Source of the DNA: Cycas panzhihuaensis | Lineage: Eukaryota > Plantae > Cycadophyta | Assembly: GCA_023213395.1 (NCBI GenBank) | Contig: CM041465.1 | Span: 130,951,741 to 131,015,740 of the forward strand | Length of the DNA: 64,000 nucleotides | Direction: 5' to 3' | Part shown: piece by piece, positions 8,553 through 20,763 of the stretch | Numbering within the stretch: the stretch's first letter is position 1 | Layout: the number at the start of each line of letters is the position of its first letter | Translations under genes and position numbers: made by a program | The notes under the pieces: model-generated | Seen by the model: only the letters and a program-made list of their open reading frames with translations | Database searches by the model: none | Told to the model about the DNA's origin: nothing

Positions 8553-11500
8553 ATGGCATTAATGTCAGGGACCACCACCTGCGTTCCAATTTCAGTACTA
8601 ACCGGCTCAAATTATGCCGACTGGAGGAATCGCATATCCCATCAGCTTAAACAACGATATGGTGATATGTGACAGGTGAATTTAAAAAACCAAAAGATGA
8701 AACTACAGAGAGTTATATAGTATATCTGATGAACTTAGATTCAGCCTTAGGCACCATATTAAACTCACTTTCACCAGAAATCAGTCGGCAGTTTTCTGAA
8801 ATAGATGACCTAGCCACTGTCTGGACAACTCTACAAGAAAAATATGATAAGGTCGATACAAATCAACTGGCTGTCTTAGAACAACGACTGTATGACCTTA
8901 CTTATGATGATTTTACCAATGTTGAGGATTTTTTATGTAAAATTCAATTAATTAATAAAGACCTAGGTAACTGTATTAAATCTAAAACTAAAGAAGGTGA
9001 TATTGAAAAAATAATCACGCATGCTAAAGACGACGATACACTCATCTGTCTTACAATAAACAAATTGCCAAAACATTTTAATTTTTTCAAAACTGCTAGA
9101 CAACAAGCTGACAATTCTCCGATTACATTCAATCAGTTAACAAGCCAACTGGTTGAACATCAAACAATGTTGATTTAAACAAGCAAATTAAAAGATCCTT
9201 CCCAAGCTTTGTTTTCCAAAACTAAGCCACAAAACAAAAACAAACAACAAAACAATTCTAATCCAAAATTTCAGAAACCTCATAGAGGTTCTCAATTTAA
9301 TTTTCAAAATAATACTAAGTATTCTAGTCCATCTAAACATCAGAATACTCATAATCAGTCATTTCCTAATCGGAACAATGTAAATCCTTCTCAGAACACT
9401 AGTTGTGCCTATTGTCATAAAAGAGGTCACACTATTGATGTCTGTAGAAGTAGAATAGCTTCGGAGGCATGGAAAGCTTCCAAGGGATTGCAAAACCGAC
9501 CTTAAAACCAACAAACTCTTAATCGTTCTCTAACGGCAACAACTTCTGCATTTGTTGCCCCAACTAATCAACCACCACAATGGATCCTTGACTCTGGTGC
9601 ATCCCATCACATGACTGGATATTAGAAAATTTATCCACTTATCAATCCGAAACGAACTCTGAAGAAGAGATTTCTTTTGGAAGTGGTACCCAACTTAAAG
9701 TCAAAGGATTAGGTGATGTTACTTTAAAGGATGGATCAATAAAGGACGTTTTCTACGTCCCAGGTTTGTTACCAAACCTACTTTCTGTTTATCAAATCTG
9801 CCAGAAAGACCTTGTAGTCAAATTCTAGAAAGATAAATTTATCATTAAAGAGCCACTAAACAAATTTAAACACATTGTCTCAGGACCTGTTGATCATAAC
9901 ACAGGTCTCTATAGTTCAACAAGTCTACAAAATAACAAAACAAAACCCTTCAGTGCCTTTATCGCCAAATCTGACTCAGTCAGTAAACTTTGGCATGCAC
10001 GATTTGGCCATACAAGTTATGACAAACTTCAATATCTAAAAAAGCATGAAATGGTTGATAGTTTTCCACCGTTAAACATTGTTTATGGTGTTTGCGAAGC
10101 CTGTGTGACAGGTAAGCAACACATGGACCCATTCCCACATAAAACACAATTCAAAGCGACTGTTCCACTTGAACTTGTTCACTCTGACATATGTGGACCT
10201 TTTCATGTAACATCACACTCTGGCTCTCGTTATTTTGTTACATTTATTGATGATCATTCAAGAAAATGTTAGGTTTACATGCTCAAAACACGTAGTCAAG
10301 TGTTTGACATTTTCGTTGAATTCAAAACGCTAGTTGAAAACTAATCAAACTCAAAAATCAAAAATTTTCGATCCGATAATGCAAAGGAATATTTAAGTGG
10401 CAAATTTATTTCTTTCTGTAAAACGCACGGAATTCAGTTCTAGCATTCTGTTGCATACACTCCTCAGCAAAACGGTGTTGCTGAACGCAAGAATCGTACT
10501 TTTGTTGAGATGATTCGTTGCATATTACATGCAAATAATCTTGATCTAAAGTTGTGGGCAGAAGCAATTAATTGCTCCAACTATCTTCTAAATCGTTTAC
10601 CTAGCAAATGCTTACAAAATGTTACTCCAGAGCAAAAATGGTCTGGAAGAAAACCATCGGTCAATCATTTACGAATCCTTGGAAGTATTGCGTGGGGACA
10701 TGTCTCAAAAGAAAAATGCAAGAAAATAGATCCTAAGAGTCAAAAATACATCCTCGTTGGATACAACAAAGAAAGTAAAGCTTATAGACTCCTAGATCCA
10801 GTCACGCATCAAATTTTAATTTTGCGTGACGTAATATTTGATGAAGAAGGATCTTCTTCAAAATCTACTTATGTAGAACTTCTACTTGAAAATTTGTTAA
10901 CCAACACATATTTGGTTGACCCCTCTGACAAACAAGTTGATCCGGAAATTATAGAATCTTTATCTACTCAAGTCTAGAATTAGACTCTATCCGAATCTAC
11001 TGAAATAGATTCTTATTCTCAAGCTAGTTCTACAAATCAAACTGTAACTTCAGAAACAGTTACTAACAATCAACCTGTTTGGGCAAAGAAAACACTTGCT
11101 GACGTTGGATCTGATGTAGGTAATCCTTCAGATACTAGGCGAACTCGTGCTCAAAAATTACATACTAACTTTGACTTAATGGCAAAAATAATGGATAATA
11201 ATGATCCCAGAACATTTAAACAAGCTAGCAATAATCCTGTATGGCAGGAAGCTATGCAAACTAAATTCGATGCTTTAATTAAGAATTCAACTTGGGATCT
11301 CGTACCACTCCCACCTGGGAAAAATGTAGTTGACTGTAAATGGGTTTATATAACAAAATACAACTCAACAGGCGCAATTGAAAAATATAAGGCTCGCCTA
11401 GTTGCAAAAGGATTTTCTCAAATTGATGACATTGACTACAACGAAACCTTTGCCCCTATTGCAAAGATGAATACAACTAAAATAATTATTGTTCTAGCAG

Positions 11501-12571
11501 CCAAGTTTGATTGGGAAATCCATCAAATGGATGTAAAGAGCGCATTTCTGAATGGTGATCTCAAAGAAGAGATCTACATGTCTCAGCCACCTGGCTTTTT
11601 TGAGAATCCTAATCTAGTGTGTAAACTAAAGAAATCCATTTATGGATTAAAACAAGCTCCTCGAGCTTGGTATACTAAAGTTGACGATTATTTAATTCAA
11701 ATTGGATACACTAGATGTATTAGTGATTTAAATCTATATTTCAAACATGAAAACGAAAATATTACTATTTTAATCTTGTATGTTGATGATATCATAATTA
11801 CTGGATCATCAATTAATAACATTCATCATTTAAAATCTATTTTAATGAATAAATTCGAAATGACTGATCTAGGTATCCTACATTATTTTCTTGGATTACA
11901 AATCTATCAATATGATTCAAGAATCACAACTTAAATATATTTTAGACTTAATTCAACGGTTTAACATGGAAAATGCTAAATCCGTCTCTAATCCGTTACA
12001 ATCAGGAGTTAAATTATATACTAATTGTTCTTCACCTTTATGTGACCCTACATTATATAGACAACTAATTGGTAGTCTTATTTATTTAACTCATACCTGC
12101 CCTGACATTTCCTATGTTGTCGCTTTATGTTCACGTTATATGCAACAGCCACATGAATCTCATTGGAAAACTGCTAAACGTATCGTACGATATCTTAAGC
12201 ATACTGTTTTTTATGGTTTAACTTATAATTTTTGCAATGAACCTCTAACTTTAACTGGATATACTGATTCAGATTGGGCAGGTGATATAAATGATCGAAA
12301 ATTTACATCAGGTTATGTATTTTTTATAGATTCCTCACCTATTACTTGGTCTAGTAAGAAAATGCAGGCACTAGCTTTATCAACAACTGAAACTGAATAT
12401 TGCGCACTTGTTGAAGCCAACAAAGAAGCACTTTGGCTCAAATCTCTACTAAATACAATTGATCTACAGGTTGCTGACATACTTACAAAGTCTTTATCTG
12501 AAGTAAAGTTTCTAAATCTACGAGATCTGTTAAAGATAAAAGAAGTCTCCATCAAAGGGGGATCAACATGA
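8553..12571 (+). pseudogene. Copia G gag-pol (gag, CCHC, PR, INT, RT, deleted RNase H), disrupted
   Basis: LTGSNYADW; CAYCHKRGHTIDVC; WILDSGASHHMT; LELVHSDICGP; [11 protein letters not shown]; LYVDD; GYTDSDWAGD. Many stops and frameshifts. Confidence 0.95.
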
Positions 12572-12618
12572 TGAAGAGCTTCTTTTTCTATAGCATAAAA
12601 GTTAACATTAAAGGGGGA

Positions 12619-13064
12619 TGTTAGAAGTATTAATGTCACTTTTATGTTATTCTTAAGTTATTATTTAAGTCACATGTGTAATTTCTGATTTAAGTGATTC
12701 TAAAGTTAAATGTTTAGATGTTAAGTTTAATATTATGTGAAAGGTCGTTGAAATGCGCAACCACACATTTCAACGAACCTTTCTTGTTATTTATATTTTC
12801 TCCTAGATTCAAGGAGTTGGTTCCTGGAATCTAGGAGGTTGTCCAGAAGCCTATTTCAAGGCTGGTTTTGCCTTTCATAGGTAGTTTTGATCATGGTATT
12901 GTATAGCATTTCTTCTTAATAAAATTCTAGATTTAGGAGGTGGTTTTTCTTCCCCAGAAGGGGTTTTCCACCTGTCAACCCTGTGTACATGTGCATTGTC
13001 TCTTTCTTTTGTATCTCTTCTGTTCCTGTGATGTTATGACTTTGTACATGTGCCTATTCTATCA
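12619..13064 (+). repeat. Copia G 3' LTR
   Basis: Preceded by PPT, followed by TSD TATTG. Confidence 0.95.
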
Positions 13065-13069
13065 TATTG

Positions 13070-14490
13070 CTTTCCTGTTTTCTCCGACTTTTGCAGGAAT
13101 ACATTATGAATATCATTCTTAGGACGAGAAAAACACTCCCATGTATTCTGATTCGTTTTCTTGCAATACTTGCACCATGCTGATGGTTTACTATGTTCGT
13201 TTTACAGATGCCCTTGTTGATTACATGGTGGTGGACACCATATATTTATTTTTCCAAACGCAGCTTGGCTAATTCTGAACGTAAGTTCTCCATCTCTTGA
13301 TTTTGGTACATATTAGCCGATTTTGCCACTAATCGTTGTTGTTTCAATGCTTCCACTTCTATTCTTAGTGCCTAGATTTCTGGATTTGTTCTAGTTTGAT
13401 AATGTGCTACCCATATTGGCTGAGAAGGGGTTGGGCCCATTTGCCCTGTCTATTGATTAGTCCATTGAGAGTACACAGTCTTCATTTGATTCTCAAATTT
13501 CAAAGTTAACTTGCATACTTGTTCATAGTTGTTCATCGGATGCAACAGAACTTTATCTCTCAATTGCGGAATTAGTCCTTGCACAAAATATTTCATTGTT
13601 AACATTGGGCTAATTGCTGTTATTGGTTGCATTTTACTCATTATTATGCACATTCGTCCATCAAAATCATTTACAGATTTTCCCAGATACTGTTTTGTTT
13701 CTTCTAGGGCTTGGAAAATGGCCATGGGGTCTCTCAATTTTTGAAATCGATCCAGAAATTGATTTTGTAATCTATCCCATGATAGATTCAGTGCTACAAC
13801 ATACTAGAACCATGCAATTGTTGCTCCTTGCAAGGTGGAAAAGAAATGAGCTTTTATCTCCTTCGGGTTCGTGACTTTCTTTATCTTTAGCATATTTTTA
13901 AATAATGCTAAATGATCTCCAAGTTCCGTCGATCCGTCAAATTGCATGCTTGAAAATGCAAAGTCATTTTGCACAATTATATAAGGTCTCGTTGATCGCG
14001 ATCCACTTCCTTGGCCGGTTCCTTGCAATGGTGGATTGCCACTTCCTCCCGCATTCGTAAAGAGCGACTGATTCGATGATGATCCGCCATCTCCTAAGTT
14101 TCCTCCTAGTGGTGTACTTACCTTGCCTGCACTTCCTCCAGAACTCGCCATTGTAACTTTAAATAATGGATTCAAAATGTGGCTTAAGGGAGTTTTGACT
14201 TCCACCAAATGATGGTTTCATTCCCTGTCTATTGTGCTATATAATTCTAGTTCAATCGAACTGTTTCTTTTCTCTTGTATTACTATTTCTTCCGTGATTT
14301 CTTTATGACTTTGCTTCACCTGAGCTTCTACTTCCTGGGGATCCTCTTCCAGTGTGTACCCTTGGCTACTTTCTATTCTGATTATCTTTTCTCCGATAGG
14401 CTCTTCCCATATTTTCGCCTCTATTTGCCTATCTTCTTCTTTAATCAACTTTCGTCCTGAACTCGAGTGAGCAAGTGGTCGCCTCTTCAC
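13070..14490 (-). pseudogene. Gypsy B gag (N-terminal extension and capsid)
   Basis: ORFs 14490-14218 and 14208-13804 share a frame, followed by 13737-13450: FDGSTELGDHL...FFSTLQGATIAWF...KQYLGKSVNDF...YFVQGLIPQLR. Confidence 0.85.
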
Positions 14491-14659
14491 TTACTTCCTT
14501 GGCATGATTACGAATCTCAGAATTCTTACTCCAACTTGGAGTCTCTCATTCTTCCAATGCTCTCCGTGTTCTTTTTCCACCCTGGGTGGTATGGAAGAGG
14601 TCCTGCTATTTACTCGACTCTATCCATTCCAGTATCGCTGAGTTCTTTGGATTTCAATA

Positions 14660-14672
14660 GGCAACGGAACCA
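14660..14672 (-). promoter_or_regulatory. Gypsy B primer-binding site, Athila-like
   Basis: Minus strand TGGTTCCGTTGCC, one base from the LTR end; resembles the Athila TGGCGCCGTTGCC PBS. Confidence 0.7.
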
Positions 14673-15054
14673 ATGTGTGACACACACTTATCCATTACGT
14701 CATTGCTCTTAATGAATTATGCAAACACAAGGAACAATCAATATGATGCAAAACATGATATCATTATAATAGGGCACTGTGCCTGGTCCTCTCACAACCA
14801 GATGTAGACCGAAGAGTACACAGAAGATGGACGGCTAAACCGACTTACACCATATGAGAATTATAGGCCGAAAGGTATCTTGGTTGACTACCTACTACTA
14901 TGTACAAAAAAAACATACCACTCGTCCTTTTCCTTTTCTTTTAAATACATGATTTCCAACGGTCTTAACTGTAATAAGTTACAATGGGTACAACGGTTAA
15001 TTCTCGTGTATACAAAACATAATTTATTTAAAACAATATTCTTTAGTGGGCTAC

Positions 15055-15297
15055 GATTCGCTCGCAATCTCGACTTAAATCCTGATCTGCTCGCGATCTT
15101 GACTCTAACTACGATCTGTTCGTGATCTCAGCCCGGACCACGATCTGCTCGCAGTCTCATTCTAGACTACCATTTGCTCACAATCTCGTCCTAGACTATG
15201 ATTTGCTCGCAATCTCGGCCCGAACCGTGATCTGCTCGCAATCTCGTCCTAGATTACAATCTGCTCGCGATCTCAACCCACACCACGATCTGCTCGC
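15055..15297. repeat. 29-bp tandem array, left part (about 8.5 units)
   Basis: Conserved GATCTGCTCGCAATC core plus a variable ~14-bp half, period 29. Confidence 0.9.
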
Positions 15298-18200
15298 TGA
15301 TAGAATTCTAAGACACAGATGAATAGAACTGAATGGTTCAATGCTTATTGATCAACTGAATGGAAATTTATACAAGTTGGAGTCGTAACTCCTTTGGAAC
15401 TAAATGTAACCGCTACATGTCTAACTGACACGTGTCCAAGTGGTGAGTGTCTTAAGTTACATACAAAGCGGGTCTCTAGATAAAACATTATATCCAACAC
15501 CCTCTCTTAATGTTTTATCTGGTTAATCCTATTTTGTCTCTGAGAATTTGAAATTTGTCTTTGCCCAGAGGCTTGGTCAGAATGTCAGCCATTTGATCTG
15601 AAGTTGGGCAATACACAAGATTGATTTCCTTACTTTGAATCTTTTCTCGGATGAAGTGTTGATGCACCTCAATGTGTTTTGTTCTGGCATGCAGTACTGG
15701 GTTCTTTGCAATCTTGATTGCACTCTGATTGTCACAATGGAGTATAGTGGCTTCTTGTTGAGACAGATTTAGATCTTGAAGAAGTTGCCTCAACCAAACC
15801 GCTTACGTGGTGGTACCGACGGTGACTTGTACTGCCTTACGTGGATGATAGGGCCACGGTGGCTTGTTTCTTCGCTCAGGAGATAGGAGCCGATCCAAGG
15901 AAGAAGCAATGTCCGTGGTGGATTTTCTTTGTTCCTTGTCACCGCCTAACTGAGTCACGATGTCAGATTAAGCGAGTTGTATTCTCCTTTGGATATGTCA
16001 ACTTTAGTTCTGTTGTTCCCTTGAGATACCTTAGTATCTTCTTTCTTTGCTTGCCAATGTCTTTGTCTTGGCTCATGCATGTATCTAGATATTAATCCCA
16101 GAATAAGCAATGTCCGTGCAGTTCTTGTCGGATAGATGAGACTCCCAACAAGTTGCCCTGTACAATGTGACATTGATGTCAGGTTCTTCTTCATCTGGTA
16201 TCATGTTGCAATTGACTTCCATGGGTGTCTTGCATGGATTGCACTCTTCCATTCGAACTTTGCTAACAAATCTTTGATGTATTTGGTCCGACATAAGGTG
16301 AATGCAGGTCCTATTGTTCTACTTGGATCCCTAGGTAATAGTTGAGAAGACCTAGGTCGGTCATTTCAAACTTCCTCTCCAATTGATGTTTTATGTCACT
16401 TACAGATTCAACATCATTACCTGTAAGTATCATGTCATCAACATATACAACGTAATTGTGATGACCGTTTGTACCTTTTACATATAAGCTTGAGTCTCGA
16501 ATCGCACCACGAACCCATTTTCACATAGGTATTCATCAAGTTTGGCATACCAAGCACGAGAAGCTTGCTTTAAACCATATAGGGCTTTTTTTAATTTGCA
16601 GACCGAGTGTTCCTGACCCTGCTTAACGTATCCTTCAGGTTGGGCCATATACACTTCTTCCTTGATCTCTCCATTTAGAAATGCACTTTTGACATCTAAT
16701 TGATACACATTCCAATTTTTGAGTCGCTAGAGCAATTCTTTTCTCACGGTCTTGAGTTTCACTCTTGGTGAGAAGGTTTCATCATAGTCCACCCAATTGT
16801 TTGAGTGTATCCCTTAGCAACTAACCTAGCCTTATATTTTTCCACTTTCCCATTTGCTCCTTCCTTTATTTTGTAGATCCATCTACAATTTACCACTGAT
16901 TTATTTGGTGGTAATTCTACTAAATCCCATGTTTGATTCTTGATGATAGAGTCTAATTCAGAATTCATGGCATTTCTCCAAATTGAGTGTTCTTTAGCTT
17001 CTGTATATGATTGCGGTTCTAGATGGCTGTACAGAGCCCTTGGTTTTTGGCTTCTTGTCCTGTGTGGTAAGATGTCTTCCTTTCTTTCCTCAATGGTTTT
17101 GAGATACCATTTGGAAAGCCTTTTTTCTTTTTTTGTTTCAACTGCCTTGGGTTCATCTGGAAATGTTTCCTCATCTTCCGAAGTAGGGTGACTTTCCTGA
17201 GTTTCTTCTGGAAGATCTTCATAGGTAATTTCGGATCGTTCTTTAGGTTCTTCTTCAGGTGGTTCTTGAAGAATGTTCTGAGAATGTCCCTCTATTACTT
17301 GGATTTGCTTGCTAAGCTCTTCATCACTATCTTCGTTGAACACAACATCACGGCTTGCATAGATCTTGTTTGTCTTGGGATCTATGCACTTGTAGGCTTT
17401 AGAGTTCTTACTGTATCCAATCATGATACATTCTATGCTTTTTGAGTCCAGCTTGGTTCTTCTTTTGTCTGGTATGTGTACAAAGGCTTGACTGCCAAAT
17501 ACCTTTAGATGGCTAACATCTGGTTTTTTTTCCTGTCCAGGCTTCTTCAGGTGTAAGATGTTCTACTGCTTTGGTTGGGCTCCTATTCAGTAAGTAACAT
17601 GCAGTGTTTACTGCCTCTGCCCAATAATTCTTTGGGACTCCTTTCCCATGCACCATACTACGAGCCATTTCCATGATCACTTCCTTTCTGCCACCCCATT
17701 AGATTGAGGTGTATAGGGAGTGGTGATCTGTCTTCGAATTCCATTGACTTTGCAATATTCCAGGAATTCTTTTGAAATGTATTCACCTCCCCCATCTGAT
17801 CGTATGCATTTGATTTTTTCTTCGGACTCTAGTTCAACTTCTGCTTTGAACTCTTTGAATGTTGCATATACTTCAGACTTGTTATGTAAAAAATAGACCC
17901 AGATTTTCCTTGTCATATCATCTATGAAGGTGAGAAAGTATCTGCATCCGTTGATGGAGTGCGGAGTGAGCGGTCCACATATATCAGTGTGAATGAGTTA
18001 TAGTTTCTTTTGGGCTCGCCATTTGCTTTCCTTGAAGGGCAATCTTTGCTGCTTCCCTGATTGGCAACTTTTACATACAAAATTATTCAAGTGATTGATG
18101 GGAGTCCATCAACTAAACCTTCATTTTCATTTTTTAATTTGTCTAATGGAAGGTGTCCATACTTGAAATGCCACATTTTGTCATTATGATTTACTGTTGA

Positions 18201-20418
18201 TGCATGCTTTTACAACAAAGGGACGGGATATGAAAGCAACCTATACAGTCATTACTTTCTATCCCCTTTGCAATTACATGGCCATTATTTTTCATGTCAA
18301 GGATATAACAATATCCTTTTCATCAAAACAGTTCTCGGACCCTTTTTCCAAGTTGAGATAGACGGAAGATTCATCTTTATGTCGAACTAACAACACATTT
18401 CCAATTTTTTGATGCTACCTTGCGGTTCTCTGACAATGGTTCCTATACCCTTGATGTTGAGGGATGTTTATCCCTAGCTCCACAATTTGTCTCGAGGCAT
18501 AAGGTCGCAAGGTTTGAACCACTCCTCCATTTGGTCATGTGACGCGATGCTCCTGAGTCGATGTACCACACGTCTTTATCTTGGAGAGATGCAAGAGCAA
18601 CGATGAATGCGGTCTCCTCCTCTTCTTCTTCATTTTGTTCCTTGCTGTAATTGCCCATGGGTCTTTTACCTTTCTGAATGTCAACTCTCCTAGTTGGGCA
18701 TTGGTATGGAAAGTGTCCTGCTTGGCCACAATGATAACATAGGTCAAATGCTCTACAAGAACTTGCAAAATGACCGGTCTTACCACTCTTGTATACGCCT
18801 TGGCGAGATGCGTCCTCTTCCTCGTGAATCTTGCCATCTTCCTCGTGGATCGGGCTCAACTGGAGCCCTTCCTCGTCCTCTGCTTCTTCCTCTGATTCCC
18901 AGATTTAGTCTGGATACAAAGGCATCTTCAAGTTCTGCAGAGTCTTCATATCTTCTATTTCTTTGTTCCTGCCTTAGGAGTAGTCTTGTGAGTGTGTCCA
19001 ATGTCATTGTTGCTATCTGATCATTATTTATAATAGTGTTAATTGTGACATCGAAGGATTTAGGCAATTTACTGGCTACCATTTCAACCAGTTCAGAATC
19101 AGAAATTGTAGATCCTGCGCTAAGTAGATCATTCCACAAGGATATCACTTTGTGCATGAATTCAGTCACAGTTTCAGTTTCTTTCATGTGTATCTTGAAT
19201 AATTCCTCCTTGAGTGCCACTATTCTAGCTTTATTCTTTTGACCATACAATTTCTCAAAGCACTTCCAGATTTCAAAGATGGTGGTTAAGTTTTCCCCAT
19301 ACATAAGTAGCGGGTCGAAATGGATAACTTAAGCACTATTACTCCAAAGACTATCCCGTTCTTCCCAGCTTGTTAGATCTGCCCCAGTTGTTTTAGGCTT
19401 GTCTTCCTTTTCAAGAGCTATTTGCCAAGCATTTTTGGCTCTCAGAAGGATTTCTATTTTGATTTTCCATATATGGTAGTTGTTGTCAGTGAGCTTGTCT
19501 GAATCAGAGAGAGCCAAGATAGAAGAAGACATTATGGACACAAAAAACAAGTTGCAGATGTCCTAGGTCGTACAACGGTACGGATTTTTGTACGGTACGG
19601 AAGGTGTACGGATGAAAGCAAACTATACCTCAAAAGAAAGCTTGTGGCGAGAGGATTCCAGATCTGAAATTATTTTTCTAAGACAGTCCCTAGTTTGGGA
19701 GAAAAACAGTCCGAAAAGCAATCTTGGCGTCTAGGTTTTTTTGAGAAAAATGCTCATATCAATCAAATCACTCATTTAAATCGGTCAAAATCAGTCACAA
19801 TGGGGGCGTACAAAGTATACAGAGAGTTTATGAACGTTTTCAGAGAGAAAATCGAGAGAAATTGAGGATTTTGGGTACTGTGTCTCAAGACCCACGCCTT
19901 CCGAAAATTGGGTAAAACCCTTCAAACGGCTCTCGATGACTTCGTGCGAGAGAAAGATGACGAGGATGGTCGATCTATCTTCTAGCCAAATTTCAACTCA
20001 TTCTCGAGCACTTTGATTTTTGTCCAGACGGCTCCGCATGTCCGTACACAGTCAAAATTCGCTCTCCTTTGTTTTGATTACGACCGAGCTTTCCGCCTCC
20101 TTCTTGCCTTCTCGAACTTCTTGATCTTTCACACGCTTATTCTACCGTCTTGCTTGGACACAACTTGAATCACGGCACAACCCTCTCTTAATTAGGCAGA
20201 TAACTCGCTTTGATACCATGATAGAATTCTAAGACATATGAATAGAACCGAATGGTTCGATGCTTATTGATCAACTGAATGGAAATTTATACAAGTTGGA
20301 GTTGTAACTCCTTTGGAACTAAATGTAATCGCTACATGTCTAACTGACACGTGTCCAAGTGGTGAGTGTCTTAAGTTACATACAAAGCGGGTCTCTAGAT
20401 AAAACATTATATCCAACA
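15298..20418 (-). mobile_element. Copia C: complete short-LTR Ty1/Copia element
   Basis: LTRs 15298-15499 and 20219-20418 (~200 bp, few differences). TSD CTCGC/CTTGC. PBS TGGTATCAAAGC (20207-20218, minus). PPT at 15500-15512. Confidence 0.95.
15515..19532 (-). pseudogene. Copia C gag-pol
   Basis: DKLTDNNYHIWK; CYHCGQAGHFPYQC; WYIDSGASRHMT; IRSDGGGEY...PQSNGVAERK; [12 protein letters not shown]; HCDNQSAI...RTKHIE...ADILTKPL. Confidence 0.9.
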
Positions 20419-20750
20419 CTTGCAATCTCAACCCGAACCGCGATCTGTTCACAATGTCTATCCAAGTCGTGATCCGCTCGCAATCCTAACCCAAATCGTG
20501 ATATGTTCGCAATGTCTGCCCAAGTCGTGATCCGCTCGCAATCCTAACCCAAATCGTGATATGCTCGCAATGTCTGCCCAAGTCGCGACCTGCTCGCAAT
20601 CTTAACTCAAATTGCGATCTGCTCGCAATGTCTATCCAAATTGCGACCTGCTTGCAATGTCGATCAAAACCCCGTGATCTGCTCGCAATCCAAATGGTCT
20701 GCAATTTGCTCATAGTCCAACCAGATTGCAATCTGCCATGATTTAATCGC
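20419..20750. repeat. 29-bp tandem array, right part (about 11 units, with a 58-bp dimer substructure)
   Basis: Same GATCTGCTCGCAAT core; alternating spacers CCTAACCCAAATCGT and GTCTGCCCAAGTCG. Confidence 0.9.
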
Positions 20751-20763
20751 AAAAATCTTTACA

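Larger units (their letters stand above)
5619..13064 (+). mobile_element. Copia G: two-LTR Ty1/Copia element with host-gene cargo in its leader
   Basis: LTRs 5619-6056 and 12619-13064 (TG...CA; roughly a dozen substitutions plus an 8-bp indel). TSD TATTG at 5614-5618 and 13065-13069. PBS TGGTATTAGAGC at 6057. PPT AAAGGGGGA at 12610-12618. Confidence 0.95.
3306..20763 (-). mobile_element. Gypsy B: Athila-like Ty3/Gypsy element, internally deleted, hosting Copia G and Copia C
   Basis: Minus-strand order LTR-PBS-gag-PR-RT. 3306-3427 matches 14674-14795. The long LTR ends in ...TTTACA at 20763 (TGTA on minus). No perfect TSD (GCCTT vs AAATT). Confidence 0.8.
14674..20763 (-). repeat. Gypsy B 5' LTR (about 0.96 kb net), split by Copia C
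   Basis: Bounded by the PBS on one side and TGTA on the other; the 29-bp array continues across the Copia C insertion. Confidence 0.65.

Noticed and set aside
15055-20750. CRISPR array
   Set aside because: Eukaryotic TE context with no cas genes. The 'spacers' are only ~14 bp, are related to each other and form dimers, so this is a minisatellite.
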